64,000 nucleotides of DNA from Histomonas meleagridis 2922-C6/04-290x (taxonomy: Eukaryota > Protista > Parabasalia), in the NCBI GenBank assembly GCA_020184695.1, contig JAANOX010000220.1:38743-102742 (forward strand). Direction: 5' to 3'. A program made the translations under genes and the position numbers. This document shows positions 31,971 through 42,783 of this stretch, piece by piece (the first letter of the stretch is position 1; each line of letters opens with the position of its first letter). Below the pieces are notes generated by a model, which saw only the letters and a program-made list of their open reading frames with translations, did not search any database and was not told the origin of the DNA.

Positions 31971-32669
31971 ATGCTTTCTCCTGAAGAAGAAGATGATGAT
32001 CAATGCTTTTTAATGGGAGAATCTGATCCCAAATACACAGTGACAATTGAATCAATTGTTTCAAATCTTATAAAATCTTTTTTTTCCGAAAACTATGGGG
32101 ATAAAGAATATTGGGATGAAAGATATGAAGAATCAACTGAGCAATATGAATGGTTTCAATCATGGAACACGATTTCTCCTTATATACAAGAATTTATAAC
32201 TCATGGTAAAGCATTGAATATAGGCTGCGGAAACTCGCCAATGTCTTATGACATGCTCAGTTCTGGATTTGAATCAATTTTAAGTACTGATATTTCAGAA
32301 AATGTGATTTCACAAATGAAAGAAAAATATAAGGAAACGAAACAATTGCGATGGGAAGTTTTGGACTGCACTAACATGAATGTTTTTGAAGACAACCAAT
32401 TTGATTTTGTTATTGATAAAGGAACGATTGATGCAATATATTGTAATAATGATTCTAGTCAACTTATCACAAGAACACTTAATGAAATTTATCGAATCCT
32501 TAAGCCTGGCTCCTATTATATTGATATTTCTTTTGGAAATCCTTCTTCAAGAAAAGAATTAACAAGTTGCAAATCAACAAACCTGATGTTTATAAAATCC
32601 ATAGAAATTCCACATCCACAACATCAAGATACCCACCACTATATATATGTCCTGAGAAAGCCAAATTGA
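31971..32669 (+). CDS. Class I SAM-dependent methyltransferase (METTL13/EEF1AKMT4-like)
   Basis: YGDKEYWDERY, LNIGCGNS, FDFVIDKGTIDA and YRILKPG. The first in-frame ATG is at 31971. Confidence 0.9.
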   Translation: MLSPEEEDDDQCFLMGESDPKYTVTIESIVSNLIKSFFSENYGDKEYWDERYEESTEQYEWFQSWNTISPYIQEFITHGKALNIGCGNSPMSYDMLSSGFESILSTDISENVISQMKEKYKETKQLRWEVLDCTNMNVFEDNQFDFVIDKGTIDAIYCNNDSSQLITRTLNEIYRILKPGSYYIDISFGNPSSRKELTSCKSTNLMFIKSIEIPHPQHQDTHHYIYVLRKPN

Positions 32670-33322
32670 AAATATATGAATAAATATTATTTATGAAACC
32701 ATCTTTAAAAAAAATTAGATCTCATCTAAAATTAAAAAACATTTGAGAGTGAATGCTATTTCTTTTTAATTGTTTTACGTGATGATTTTAGATGATTTCT
32801 CTCCTTGAATTTGGGCTCGATATTTTGCCTATGTATTGACAAAATATCATGTGATGAACGGTTATCTTCTGATCGTTATAAATGTCCGTCAAAATATGGA
32901 GTTGTGGGCAAGAAGAAAATCGAAAATCACTATTTTAATATTTAATCACCATTGGTTTTTTAATTATCCTGTGGAAGAATTTTTCTTTGTGTTCCTTCTT
33001 CTTCCAATTGCTTTTCCACTACTTTATCCATGGCTCCTGGTTTTCTCCAGTACTTCTTTCATGTCCTTCATCTCTCATTAATTTAATTGTTCGATTACTT
33101 AATCCACTATAATTACTTTTCCTGCTGCAACATTGAAAATCTCAATCCTGGATTTAATATATTCATGATATGAAAGTATTAATTTTAAAATTGGCTAAAA
33201 AATATAATTTAATATGACCAATAAAATAAATATTCAATATAATATATGCCAAATCTAGGAAATTTTTTGACAGAATTTCGCTTTGGCTTCATGTGGAAAC
33301 CGTTTAGTTTTCCTCAAGAAGA

Positions 33323-34801
33323 ATGGACATATCATACAAAAAGATCATCAGGAAAAAGAACTTTAAAAAACTTGATGAACCAGATGAAAACCCAACTGAA
33401 GTTCTTGATGTTGAAAGAATCTGTCATGAATTTGAGGAACAAGTTCCACAAATTCAAGAATTATTAAATACAGATGACTTAACACTCATATCTAATCAAT
33501 GCATTTCTATTGGAAAACTTGCGCAAGTTGCTTCACATGGAACAGTTCAAATTTTATTAAATTCCAGTATTTTTGTACAAATTCTTAACTTAATTAATTC
33601 TCCAATTATAAATCAGGTGGTACCAATTCTGGAAGATTTATCAAAGTCACCCACCAATTTACTTATTCCAATGCTTCAACAAGGTTTTCTTGATAGTATT
33701 AATTACATGGCACAAACCGAAGACAATAGTATAATTAAAAGCGTTGTGAACATATGTAAAAACGTAATGGCTCGGTCACCATTTTATACGACACTTATAT
33801 ATTCCACTGGCATTGTTCATAATGTCACCCAAAAACTTATGTCCCGCAATGGGAGTGACATTTTTGAAATGCTTGGTTCCCATCTTCTTATGCTTTTCTG
33901 TGAAAAAGGGACATTTAAAGATCCTAATCTCATTGATTCATATAATGAATTTCTAATCAATTGTACCAATCGGGAAACATATAATTCCCAACTCTTTGGC
34001 GAATTTTGTACCAATGGCATTGCTTTAGATCCGAGTCAACCATTTTTGACTTTATTTAATCTGTGCATTTCTACTGAAAATCCTAAATATCTTTATTTAG
34101 TTATATATGGTTGTTGTTGTTTGTTAGAAAAAGACCCGACAATTAATGAGATTTTCTTTTCTGATATTCCTATTGGTGTACGCATTGGCGATTACGCGCG
34201 CATTGGCGATTACGAACGAAAATCCTCTAAAGATATCAATCTGCTCTTTCAAATCTGCATATTTACCACCGGAATTTTCTGTTCTGATATCGATTTACCA
34301 TATGAAGTTATAAATGATTTCTTTAATCCAATTCTTTATATATTCCAAATCGATGATGTCGATTTAATCGCAGAATCAACAAATGCTTTAATTAATATCA
34401 TAATGACAAAACATGAATTTGCCGAAACTTTGTTAGAAAAGAAATATATGGACTTAATAAATAAATATATTTTAAATGGAAATTTCAAGGTGCAAACAAA
34501 AGTAACACAATTGCTAATAGTAATCGCATGTAACTATAAAAAGGAAATTATTGAGTTGTTAAATATAGACGTTTTGGAAAAGATTTTGGAGATATCACAA
34601 AACGCTAAGAAAAACATTTCGATAAAAATTTTGGACACTTTGAAAAGAATGTTTGAAGTGGACGACAAAAAAAAACTAAGAGAAATGTTCGACCAATTAA
34701 ATGGAGATAGTTTACTTTATGAACTAATGGATGGCGAAGATAAAGAACTATCTGAAAATGCTCAACTTCTTTATAATGCTATTTATTTAAATGATGAATG
34801 A
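33323..34801 (+). CDS. ARM-repeat protein
   Basis: 492-aa all-helical pattern with armadillo-like periodicity. Confidence 0.6.
   Translation: MDISYKKIIRKKNFKKLDEPDENPTEVLDVERICHEFEEQVPQIQELLNTDDLTLISNQCISIGKLAQVASHGTVQILLNSSIFVQILNLINSPIINQVVPILEDLSKSPTNLLIPMLQQGFLDSINYMAQTEDNSIIKSVVNICKNVMARSPFYTTLIYSTGIVHNVTQKLMSRNGSDIFEMLGSHLLMLFCEKGTFKDPNLIDSYNEFLINCTNRETYNSQLFGEFCTNGIALDPSQPFLTLFNLCISTENPKYLYLVIYGCCCLLEKDPTINEIFFSDIPIGVRIGDYARIGDYERKSSKDINLLFQICIFTTGIFCSDIDLPYEVINDFFNPILYIFQIDDVDLIAESTNALINIIMTKHEFAETLLEKKYMDLINKYILNGNFKVQTKVTQLLIVIACNYKKEIIELLNIDVLEKILEISQNAKKNISIKILDTLKRMFEVDDKKKLREMFDQLNGDSLLYELMDGEDKELSENAQLLYNAIYLNDE
34181..34216 (+). repeat. 18-bp in-frame tandem duplication
   Basis: CGCATTGGCGATTACGCG CGCATTGGCGATTACGAA (RIGDYA RIGDYE). 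Confidence 0.9.
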
Positions 34802-35179
34802 TATTATCAATTGTAATAAAAATTTTGTCGCTTTTTATGAATTGAAATAATTGTGTCGTAACTATTCAAAAGTTTTGAATAATTTGTCAACAACACTCAC
34901 AAAGTTGACGTAAATTAATTCAATATCGAATTAAAAAAAATGACCTCATTGATTTCAATCTGATCACCAAAATTTCAATATGTGGAATATGCTGTATCAA
35001 AACATATATAACTCATATGTATATTACTATTTTCTATAAAAAATATATAAAAAATATTAATGCAAATAGAAAGATTTATAATAGAATTAAAATCAATTTA
35101 TTTTCATTGACTTATTTAGGTGATTTCCAGCTTTCCATAGCATTTTAGAAATAAAAAATACCCTTAGATAAAAATTATT

Positions 35180-35608
35180 CTACCTCTTTTTATAAACATC
35201 ATTATTTGAATCTAATGGAGAATACACATTATCAAATTTTTGATCAATTGTTTCTTCATCTGTAGTATCCAAGAATCGGAAATCAAGCATATCTTCATAA
35301 CCAAATGATTCTGATTCGATATTATCGAAGAAATCTTTATGGAATATAAAATGATGTTCTTCTTGTTTTTTTTCTTTATTTAATTCATTTTCTGTCGAAG
35401 ATTGATTTAAATCCCCACTAGCGTCACCTTGGTTGACTTTGTTTCCTTTTTCTTTTTTTTTGTTAGTTTTTTTTGATTGATTTTTTTTTATTAAATTTCC
35501 TTTCATATCGAGTGGATATCGCTCAATTCTGTTATCGTCTTTGTATATAATGGAGTGTGCTGGAATATGAAATCGCGGACGTCCTGTTTGTATATCATTG
35601 CTTTTCAT
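35180..35608 (-). CDS. Small hypothetical protein (RPRFHIP...LDxKGNL family)
   Basis: 142-aa ORF whose N-terminal motif is shared with the disrupted ORF at 52145-52489. Confidence 0.7.
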   Translation of the reverse strand: MKSNDIQTGRPRFHIPAHSIIYKDDNRIERYPLDMKGNLIKKNQSKKTNKKKEKGNKVNQGDASGDLNQSSTENELNKEKKQEEHHFIFHKDFFDNIESESFGYEDMLDFRFLDTTDEETIDQKFDNVYSPLDSNNDVYKKR

Positions 35609-36644
35609 TAGTGATGTGTTTCTATGCCATGCATTAGCTTTTCAAGTTTGAATGAGAGGGGACTTGAAACACTCACTCAAAACGTTGCCAAACAAGGTGC
35701 CCCAACTACTTAATTACCAGAAAACTTTGATTTGAAAATATTGAATGAGATCAAACAAAAATAGTATGCCATATTCAAACATTAAATAGTATTCAGAAAT
35801 TTGAATGTGGATCCAAATTTTACGCAGTAAAAATGTTGTGTCTCATACACCACTTTTTATTATAAATCGAAGGAACCTCAATTTGTAATGATGGGGACAT
35901 CATCAGCAAATTTAAAATCTTTTTTTATCATTTAACCTTATTTTATAAGTTTTACAGCATGCTGTAATCATTCGAATCGTTGACGAAATATTAATTTATT
36001 TGAATACAAGGGTGAATTATCTATTTTTTGAACATAATGCATTTAATAAATCATAAGCAAATACAAATTAATATATTAATATTAGATTTGTTGGAAATAA
36101 TAAACTAGATGCTTTCGTTGCCAACCAAAAGCCTATAAATATGGTAAACATGCATGAAAGAAAAAGTAGACGTTTTATAAAAGTGGCCAACCTATCGGAA
36201 CGGCTTCTGTTGTAATCACAAAAAGTTGTCTTTATATAAAAATGACTCTTTTCATTTCTTTTAAAAACATAACAAAAAAATATTCCATGTGATTTCAGAT
36301 GACCTTTTATGTTAATGTGTGAGTAGAAATATTATTTTCATTTCTTGACATTTTGATAAATTTTATTTAATTCTGCATGGCAACAATTAATTGTTCAATT
36401 TGAAAGTGTTTACAAAAAAAACACATATTTTAAAGTTTTTTCCCAAGAATCAATAAAATATATCTCTTGGCAATATCTAATAAAAGTAATTATTTTATAG
36501 CTTAAGTTTTAAAACAATACATTTTTATAAAATCTATATAAGAAAATTAATAAAAACAATAACCTAAAAGTATTTTATTTTGTTTTTAAACATTTTTATT
36601 TATCACTGTATATTTATAATTATTTCATATCAATGTTTATTTAA

Positions 36645-38291
36645 TTAATAAATTTTAAAAGAAACATTTTTAGTTTCTTCTAACTGCGCAATCTTTTCTT
36701 TATCCAAATCATCGTTTATATTTTCCAATAACAAACACAATCTCAAGAATTCATTTTTTACTATTTGATTACGTTCCTCATCTATTAATGATCTAAATCC
36801 ACTAAATTTACTTTTAATTACACATTTCTCATTTAACTCATTAATTTTATCCAAAATTTTTTGGAACATAACACAATAAGCAGGGCAACCATTACACATA
36901 TTAATATTAATAGAAAAATCTGATTCATTAACAACTATTTCTTTTTCATCTTCAACAGTTATTAATCTTTCAGTCATTAATTGTTTAAAGTTTTCCAAAA
37001 TTTCGAACACATTATAAAACTCTGTGTCATCTTTCGATGCGACGAAGAACGGAACATTTTTCATTATGTTATAAATCATTTCTGTGAATTTTATTTGTTT
37101 TTTATATTTTGGGAAATGTTCTGTTTTAACAATAGTAAACTCTGCACAATCGAAATGATCGAATACATAAACAGCAGATTCATAACCAAATGCATTTGAC
37201 ATATTGATTGGAAATCGTATAACATGTTCAAGGAAATCTTTTAATCCTTTCTTGTCATTCCATGTCTCATGAAATGTTCGGCCAATCTCTAAAATCGAAT
37301 TCTTAGGAAAGTTTTCTTGCTTTAAGACTGATGAAGGTAATGATGGAAATCCAGGAATTATTAATAAAGATTGGAACCATTGTAATAATGAATCAAACGA
37401 ATTTGAAAAATTAAAATATTCGTTTTTCAATGAGTTAATTGTGTTGCCTATAAACATTTTATAGATGTTACGAATATCATCAAAGTATAGTTGTTCCATT
37501 TCCCAATTAATTGATACTATTAAATAACGTTTAGTTAAGTTGGATAAAAGTAACCGCTGATGAAATAATGTAACTGATGTGTATAAAAGCGTGCTCTTAC
37601 CAGACTTGGTTGGACCCGTAATAACAAATTTATAGTCTTTAGGTGAAAGTCCTTTGGTAAGATTTAAGAAATATTGGACCACTTGATTATGAATATCAGT
37701 ACCGGTAAGAACTGATGTGGGACTAATGTGTTTGGATATAAGATCATCTTCTAAAAGATGCTGCTTGGTTTGATTCGATAATTGTTGAAGAGAATCCGAA
37801 AATGATAATTTAGACTTTTGATCGATTGTAAGAGAATCATATAAAGAAAGAAGTGAGTTACGCATGTTCTCACGAACTGTATATGGAGAAGAAGCTATCA
37901 TTTGATGTTCTATTGCATCTTCATGAATTGGTTTTGATTGCTGTTGATGAACAATTGGCGTTTCGGCTTTTGGTTTTGGAACACGAGTTTTATATTTTGG
38001 TTTGTCTTCCTCTTTGACTGGTGGAGAACAACATGAAACAAGAAGTATGGAATTAGGTTGGATATTTGAAATATCAGTAATCTTATTATGATTTGTGTCA
38101 AATATTTGTTTAGCAGGGCGTGCAAGTTCAAGCACATCAGTTGCTATTGAAAGGAGCTGTTTCATAGTTTTTGGTAAACGAATTCTTTTTGGTTCATCAT
38201 CAGGAAAATCTATTTTCTGAAGAGAAATAAAATTTCTTGTTATTGATTTAGATGGTGTTTGCGGTGAATTTATGCTTCGTGGTGAATCCAT
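36645..38291 (-). CDS. Protein with an N-terminal doublecortin-like segment and a central P-loop
   Basis: RIRLPKTMKQLLSIATDVLELARPAKQIFDTN...ISNIQPNSILLVS, Walker A GPTKSGKST and a possible Walker B VYVFDHFD. Confidence 0.6.
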   Translation of the reverse strand: MDSPRSINSPQTPSKSITRNFISLQKIDFPDDEPKRIRLPKTMKQLLSIATDVLELARPAKQIFDTNHNKITDISNIQPNSILLVSCCSPPVKEEDKPKYKTRVPKPKAETPIVHQQQSKPIHEDAIEHQMIASSPYTVRENMRNSLLSLYDSLTIDQKSKLSFSDSLQQLSNQTKQHLLEDDLISKHISPTSVLTGTDIHNQVVQYFLNLTKGLSPKDYKFVITGPTKSGKSTLLYTSVTLFHQRLLLSNLTKRYLIVSINWEMEQLYFDDIRNIYKMFIGNTINSLKNEYFNFSNSFDSLLQWFQSLLIIPGFPSLPSSVLKQENFPKNSILEIGRTFHETWNDKKGLKDFLEHVIRFPINMSNAFGYESAVYVFDHFDCAEFTIVKTEHFPKYKKQIKFTEMIYNIMKNVPFFVASKDDTEFYNVFEILENFKQLMTERLITVEDEKEIVVNESDFSININMCNGCPAYCVMFQKILDKINELNEKCVIKSKFSGFRSLIDEERNQIVKNEFLRLCLLLENINDDLDKEKIAQLEETKNVSFKIY

Positions 38292-38369
38292 AATTGAATG
38301 TAAAAATTATTTTGATAATCTAAACGTTTGAGACGACTTTTCACATCACATTTCATATTCCAAAAAAAA

Positions 38370-38591
38370 ATGACTGAAGAGAAATATCTCGATCCTTCTG
38401 CTGATTTTCAAGTTTACGCTAACAACGATAACTTCTATATGCCTCCAGCTCAGGATCCGGACATAATACAAGAATGGAGAGTTTTTCCAAAAGTCGAAAT
38501 TCCAAATGTCGAAATTAATTCTATCCAAGAATCCATCACAAAGAAATACGACATTACTTTGATGTTCAAACAACTCAGAAATGCAAGCTAA
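38370..38591 (+). CDS. Small hypothetical protein (73 aa)
   Basis: ATG follows an Inr-like TCACATTTCAT sequence, and the ORF ends in TAAA. Confidence 0.55.
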   Translation: MTEEKYLDPSADFQVYANNDNFYMPPAQDPDIIQEWRVFPKVEIPNVEINSIQESITKKYDITLMFKQLRNAS

Positions 38592-38741
38592 ATCTAAGAT
38601 TTTATTCAATAAATTAATCGATTTTTTTCATTTTTATTTTATGCAAAAAAGATGTTAGTGATTAAAATGAAAAAAGCTTTGTTTCAGAAAAAAATCAAAT
38701 TACTTTATTTAATTTCAAATATTTTTGTTTATCGTTCTTTT

Positions 38742-39314
38742 TCATTTTGATGTTCCGGCTTTGTTGCCACTACTTTCTAAATGTGTGACAAACCATTCAA
38801 CAGCTTCTTCAAGACCTTGACCTGTTAATGAACATGATGGAAGAATAGACCATTCATGATCTTTGATTTCAGACAACTGAAGGCTTTCCATGACATCCGT
38901 TAAAGACATACAATTTGGTAAGTCTTGCTTATTAGCTAGGATTAGAATACAACAATTGCCTGTTGACTCATCTTCTAATACACGAAATAGTTCTGTCCTT
39001 GCTTCTCCAATCCGCGCTCTGTCGCTTGAATCAACAATAAATAAAATTGCATCTGTTCCATTGAAAAATGTTGTCCACCCTTGACGAAAAGCAGTTTGAC
39101 CAGCAAGATCCCAACACTGCAGTTTAACATTTTGCCTTTCAATTGTTTCTACATTTGATCCGACTGTTGGTTGCGTATTAACTACAACACCTTGGAGTAA
39201 ACGATATAGTGCTGTAGTTTTACCAGCATTATCCAAACCAATTATCGTGATTTTGAAACGTCTTTGAGGATCACCAAATGCGAAACGCCAAAATTTAGAA
39301 AAGAGACCACCCAT
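38742..39314 (-). CDS. Arf-like small GTPase (ARL family)
   Basis: MGGLFS myristoylation site, GLDNAGKTT, WDLAGQ and NKQD. Confidence 0.93.
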   Translation of the reverse strand: MGGLFSKFWRFAFGDPQRRFKITIIGLDNAGKTTALYRLLQGVVVNTQPTVGSNVETIERQNVKLQCWDLAGQTAFRQGWTTFFNGTDAILFIVDSSDRARIGEARTELFRVLEDESTGNCCILILANKQDLPNCMSLTDVMESLQLSEIKDHEWSILPSCSLTGQGLEEAVEWFVTHLESSGNKAGTSK

Positions 39315-39523
39315 CCAACAAGATTGCTAATTAACGGTCAAAATAGAAAAATGCATTTCGTATCGTTCTGTTTTATTTGTATACATTACGTAAAATTGGT
39401 ATTTGTGGATTTTTATGCCACTTTTGGGATCTGCAGCCAACGGTTCAATTCAAGGAAATGTGAACCACAAAACAAAACAAACCATTTCCATCGTTCAACA
39501 GCCGTTTAAAATTATTAATAATT

Positions 39524-42418
39524 ATGGAAGCGAAGTCTGAAATCAAATATCTCCAATCAATCCACAACATTTTATTTGATCTTAATAATGATAATATTGA
39601 TGATATTGTTAAATCAACAATAGAAATTTTTGATGCAAGTTATTTTCATTCTTTTAATGTTATACTTTTTGAATGTATTTATGCATCTTTTTTATCTCAA
39701 AGGAAAGACATTGATGTATATTTACAATATTTAAAGGCAATAGAAGCTAAAGAAAGACAAATCCTCCAAAAGGATCCCCAACTTTTCAAAGCATTCTCTG
39801 AATTCCTTCTTGACTCTACAGAAAATGAAGCCAATTTTATACTATACCATTTACTTGAGCAAAAATTAATCGATCCTAAATTCGTAAAAGCTCGAGACTC
39901 AATATATTTTATGCACTTATCCCCAGGTTACAGAGCGTATGGGAGGAATATGAGTCAGCTTGGTTTCCTAACCTTTGATGAACTCTCTGCAAATAACTTC
40001 GAAAAACATAAAAAATTAGCTTTTGAAGGAACTAATCCATCAGAAGTCGCAAAAGCTATTCAATCTGACGATGTTGAAAAACTTCAAAAAATTGCATCAC
40101 AATCATCATTTGATTTTAATAAGAAAATTTCTTTTGCATATGAAAAGTATTCTTTCATTAATTCAATTAGATCAAATCTATTTGAGAGATTCTGTAACAA
40201 ATTAAGTTTGATTGAATATGCTGCTTTCTTTGGATCGATTGAATGTTTCAAATATTTAATGTTGAATGGATCTGATTATACAAACTCATTACGTTATGCT
40301 GTTGCTGGCGGAAATATTGAAATAATTCATTATTGTGAAAAAGTTAATGCAGACATTGGCGTTGCAATGCCTGATGCAATAAAATATCATCGTAATGATA
40401 TAGTTCATTATATCTATGATATTTGTTATCTTCAAAAAGATATATCAGAAAGTTCAAATTTTAAATTATTTAAGAAAATAAAATTTGGAATTTCAAATGA
40501 TAAATCTCAACCATCAAATCAACAAACATTTGGGGCAAATACTAAAGCAGATAAATCAAATCCATTTAGTTTTAGTTTAGATACATTTAATCCAAGTAAA
40601 GCAACGTTTAAGAACCAATCTGATTCATCAAGTCAACCGAAGTTTGGTTTAGCTCTTCAACTAAATAATGAAGAAGAAGAAGAAGGTAATTTCATGTTTG
40701 GTCGGCATATGAATCAACCATTTCATGGTAATCCAATGTTTGGTAATCAACCACAATTTAATTTTAATCATTTTGGAGGACAGCCTATGTTTAATCAACA
40801 ATATGCGCGTAAATCTCTATTTGGCGATATTCAAAATGAAAAAGAACAACAAAAAAGAAATGTTACATTCACAATATATACCGATATTGATTTATATCGA
40901 TTTTGTATTAATAGTTATAATTATGAAATTTTATCATATCTCCAAGAAGAAGGGCTAACGTTTAATGATACTTTAAATAATAAGATAATAACCAAAGGAA
41001 ACTTTTACTTATTTAAATACTTTAATGAAGGAAAAGCTACAACAAATGAGGATTTTTATCTTTCTATTTTCTCAAATAATGTTGAATTAGTTTCATACAT
41101 ATTATCAAATGGAGATATTAATATAAATATAAAAGATGATGATTTGATTACACCATTAATCATTTCATGTAAAAAAGGTTATTATGAAATAGTTGAATTT
41201 CTTATAAAACAAAAAAATATTGAACTTAATATGAAAGAAAATTCTGGATCAACTGCATTAATTGAAGCAATTGCTAATGAGCATAAAGAAATATCTAAAT
41301 TACTTATTGAACAAAAAGAAATTAATATTAATGCGAAAAATAAAAGGGGTTCAACACCATTAATTATTGCAACAAAGAATAATGATAATGAAATATGTAA
41401 ATTATTATTACAAAGACCTGAAATTGATGTTAATTCAAAAGATCAAAAAGGTTTATCACCAATAATTCTAGCAATACAAAATAATAATTATGAAATAGTT
41501 AAATTATTATTAGATAATGAAAATATTAATATTAATGAAAGAAATAATTTAGGTGAAACATTATTAATGATTGCAACCAAAAATTCCAACATAGAAATTG
41601 TTGAATTATTATTAAGAAACAATAATATTAATTTAGACTTAAATGATTTTGAAGGTAATAATGTCTTTATGAAGACAAATGACATTGAAATATTTAAGGT
41701 ATTATATACTGCAAATAATAACTTTAACATTAATCAAAAAAATTATAATGGTGAAACAGCATTAATGATTGCAACCAAAAATTCCAACATAGAAATTGTT
41801 AAGTTTTTACTTGAACTAAAAGATATTGATATTAATATAAAAGATGATGAAGGAAAAACAGCAATTTATTATGCAAACACATTAATAAGTGAATTATTAA
41901 TTAAACGAAAAGAAATTAATTTAATATATTATCCAACATATTTAATTGATCAATCCAAAAAAGGAAACACTATAATTGTGAATTATTTATTGCAAAATTA
42001 TAAATTCGATGTAAATCTTAAAGATGATAATGGCTTTACTGCATTAATTTATGCTTGTTGGAATGGAAATTTAGAAATTGTCAAATTGTTATTACAAAAT
42101 AAAGAAGTTAATATAAATATTAAAGATTCTCATTATAATATGACTGCTTTAATGTTTGCATGTTCAAACTATCATACAAAAATAATTCTTTTATTACTTC
42201 AAAATAAAGAAATTGATGTAAACGTTAAAAGTTTTTCAGGTTTAACTGCGATTGATATTGCTGCAAATAGACATAAATTTGATCTTGTGGAATTACTTAA
42301 AAAACAAAAAGGAATTATTTACGATGAACAAAATCTGACAAAATATTCATTGGAAAAATTGATTCAATTTCAGCAAAATTTCAATATTCGTTCACATTTT
42401 CTACATGAGAAATTTTAG
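39524..42418 (+). CDS. DUF3447/ankyrin-repeat protein with an FG-rich insertion
   Basis: IQSDDVEKLQ...LSLIEYAAFFGSIECFKYL...AVAGGNIEIIH, followed by many ankyrin repeats (GxTALxxA...EIVKLLL...IDINxKD). Confidence 0.9.
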   Translation: MEAKSEIKYLQSIHNILFDLNNDNIDDIVKSTIEIFDASYFHSFNVILFECIYASFLSQRKDIDVYLQYLKAIEAKERQILQKDPQLFKAFSEFLLDSTENEANFILYHLLEQKLIDPKFVKARDSIYFMHLSPGYRAYGRNMSQLGFLTFDELSANNFEKHKKLAFEGTNPSEVAKAIQSDDVEKLQKIASQSSFDFNKKISFAYEKYSFINSIRSNLFERFCNKLSLIEYAAFFGSIECFKYLMLNGSDYTNSLRYAVAGGNIEIIHYCEKVNADIGVAMPDAIKYHRNDIVHYIYDICYLQKDISESSNFKLFKKIKFGISNDKSQPSNQQTFGANTKADKSNPFSFSLDTFNPSKATFKNQSDSSSQPKFGLALQLNNEEEEEGNFMFGRHMNQPFHGNPMFGNQPQFNFNHFGGQPMFNQQYARKSLFGDIQNEKEQQKRNVTFTIYTDIDLYRFCINSYNYEILSYLQEEGLTFNDTLNNKIITKGNFYLFKYFNEGKATTNEDFYLSIFSNNVELVSYILSNGDININIKDDDLITPLIISCKKGYYEIVEFLIKQKNIELNMKENSGSTALIEAIANEHKEISKLLIEQKEININAKNKRGSTPLIIATKNNDNEICKLLLQRPEIDVNSKDQKGLSPIILAIQNNNYEIVKLLLDNENININERNNLGETLLMIATKNSNIEIVELLLRNNNINLDLNDFEGNNVFMKTNDIEIFKVLYTANNNFNINQKNYNGETALMIATKNSNIEIVKFLLELKDIDINIKDDEGKTAIYYANTLISELLIKRKEINLIYYPTYLIDQSKKGNTIIVNYLLQNYKFDVNLKDDNGFTALIYACWNGNLEIVKLLLQNKEVNINIKDSHYNMTALMFACSNYHTKIILLLLQNKEIDVNVKSFSGLTAIDIAANRHKFDLVELLKKQKGIIYDEQNLTKYSLEKLIQFQQNFNIRSHFLHEKF
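41563..41800 (+). repeat. Identical 40-bp segment repeated 198 bp apart within the ankyrin array
   Basis: ATTAATGATTGCAACCAAAAATTCCAACATAGAAATTGTT at 41563-41602 and 41761-41800. Confidence 0.9.
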
Positions 42419-42783
42419 GAATTTCGTTCCGGTACGGGAATGTTCAAAGGTCGGGCACCCAAAACCTAATGAATAAAAAAATAAAAATTTTGGTAAACGA
42501 CAAATTCATTAAAAATGAGAATAATTTTTCCTTTCTTGTGTTTGAATATGTGTTAATAGTAAACATTTTGCTTTCACTTTCACATAAGAGATGAAAATGG
42601 TATAAATATCTCAAAAAGTTTATTTTTATATGACCGATTGAACTATGAAAGTGATATCACTTTTTCAGTCATATACGATCAATTGAGGTTTTTCAAAGTT
42701 AGATTTTTCTGATGTTTATTTGTGTTACTTTTTCATGGGGCCATTTCACGTCACATGTCCAAGCTTTCTATGGAAAAAAAGAC

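Noticed and set aside
32780-33180. Purine-rich, coding-like minus-strand sequence (and the 81-aa plus-strand ORF)
   Set aside because: All frames are broken by stops and I recognise no family. It may be a decayed gene but I cannot support a call.
35261-35270. TGTAGTATC resembling the U2 branch-point recognition sequence
   Set aside because: It lies within a coding region on the opposite strand, and the rest of U2 is absent.
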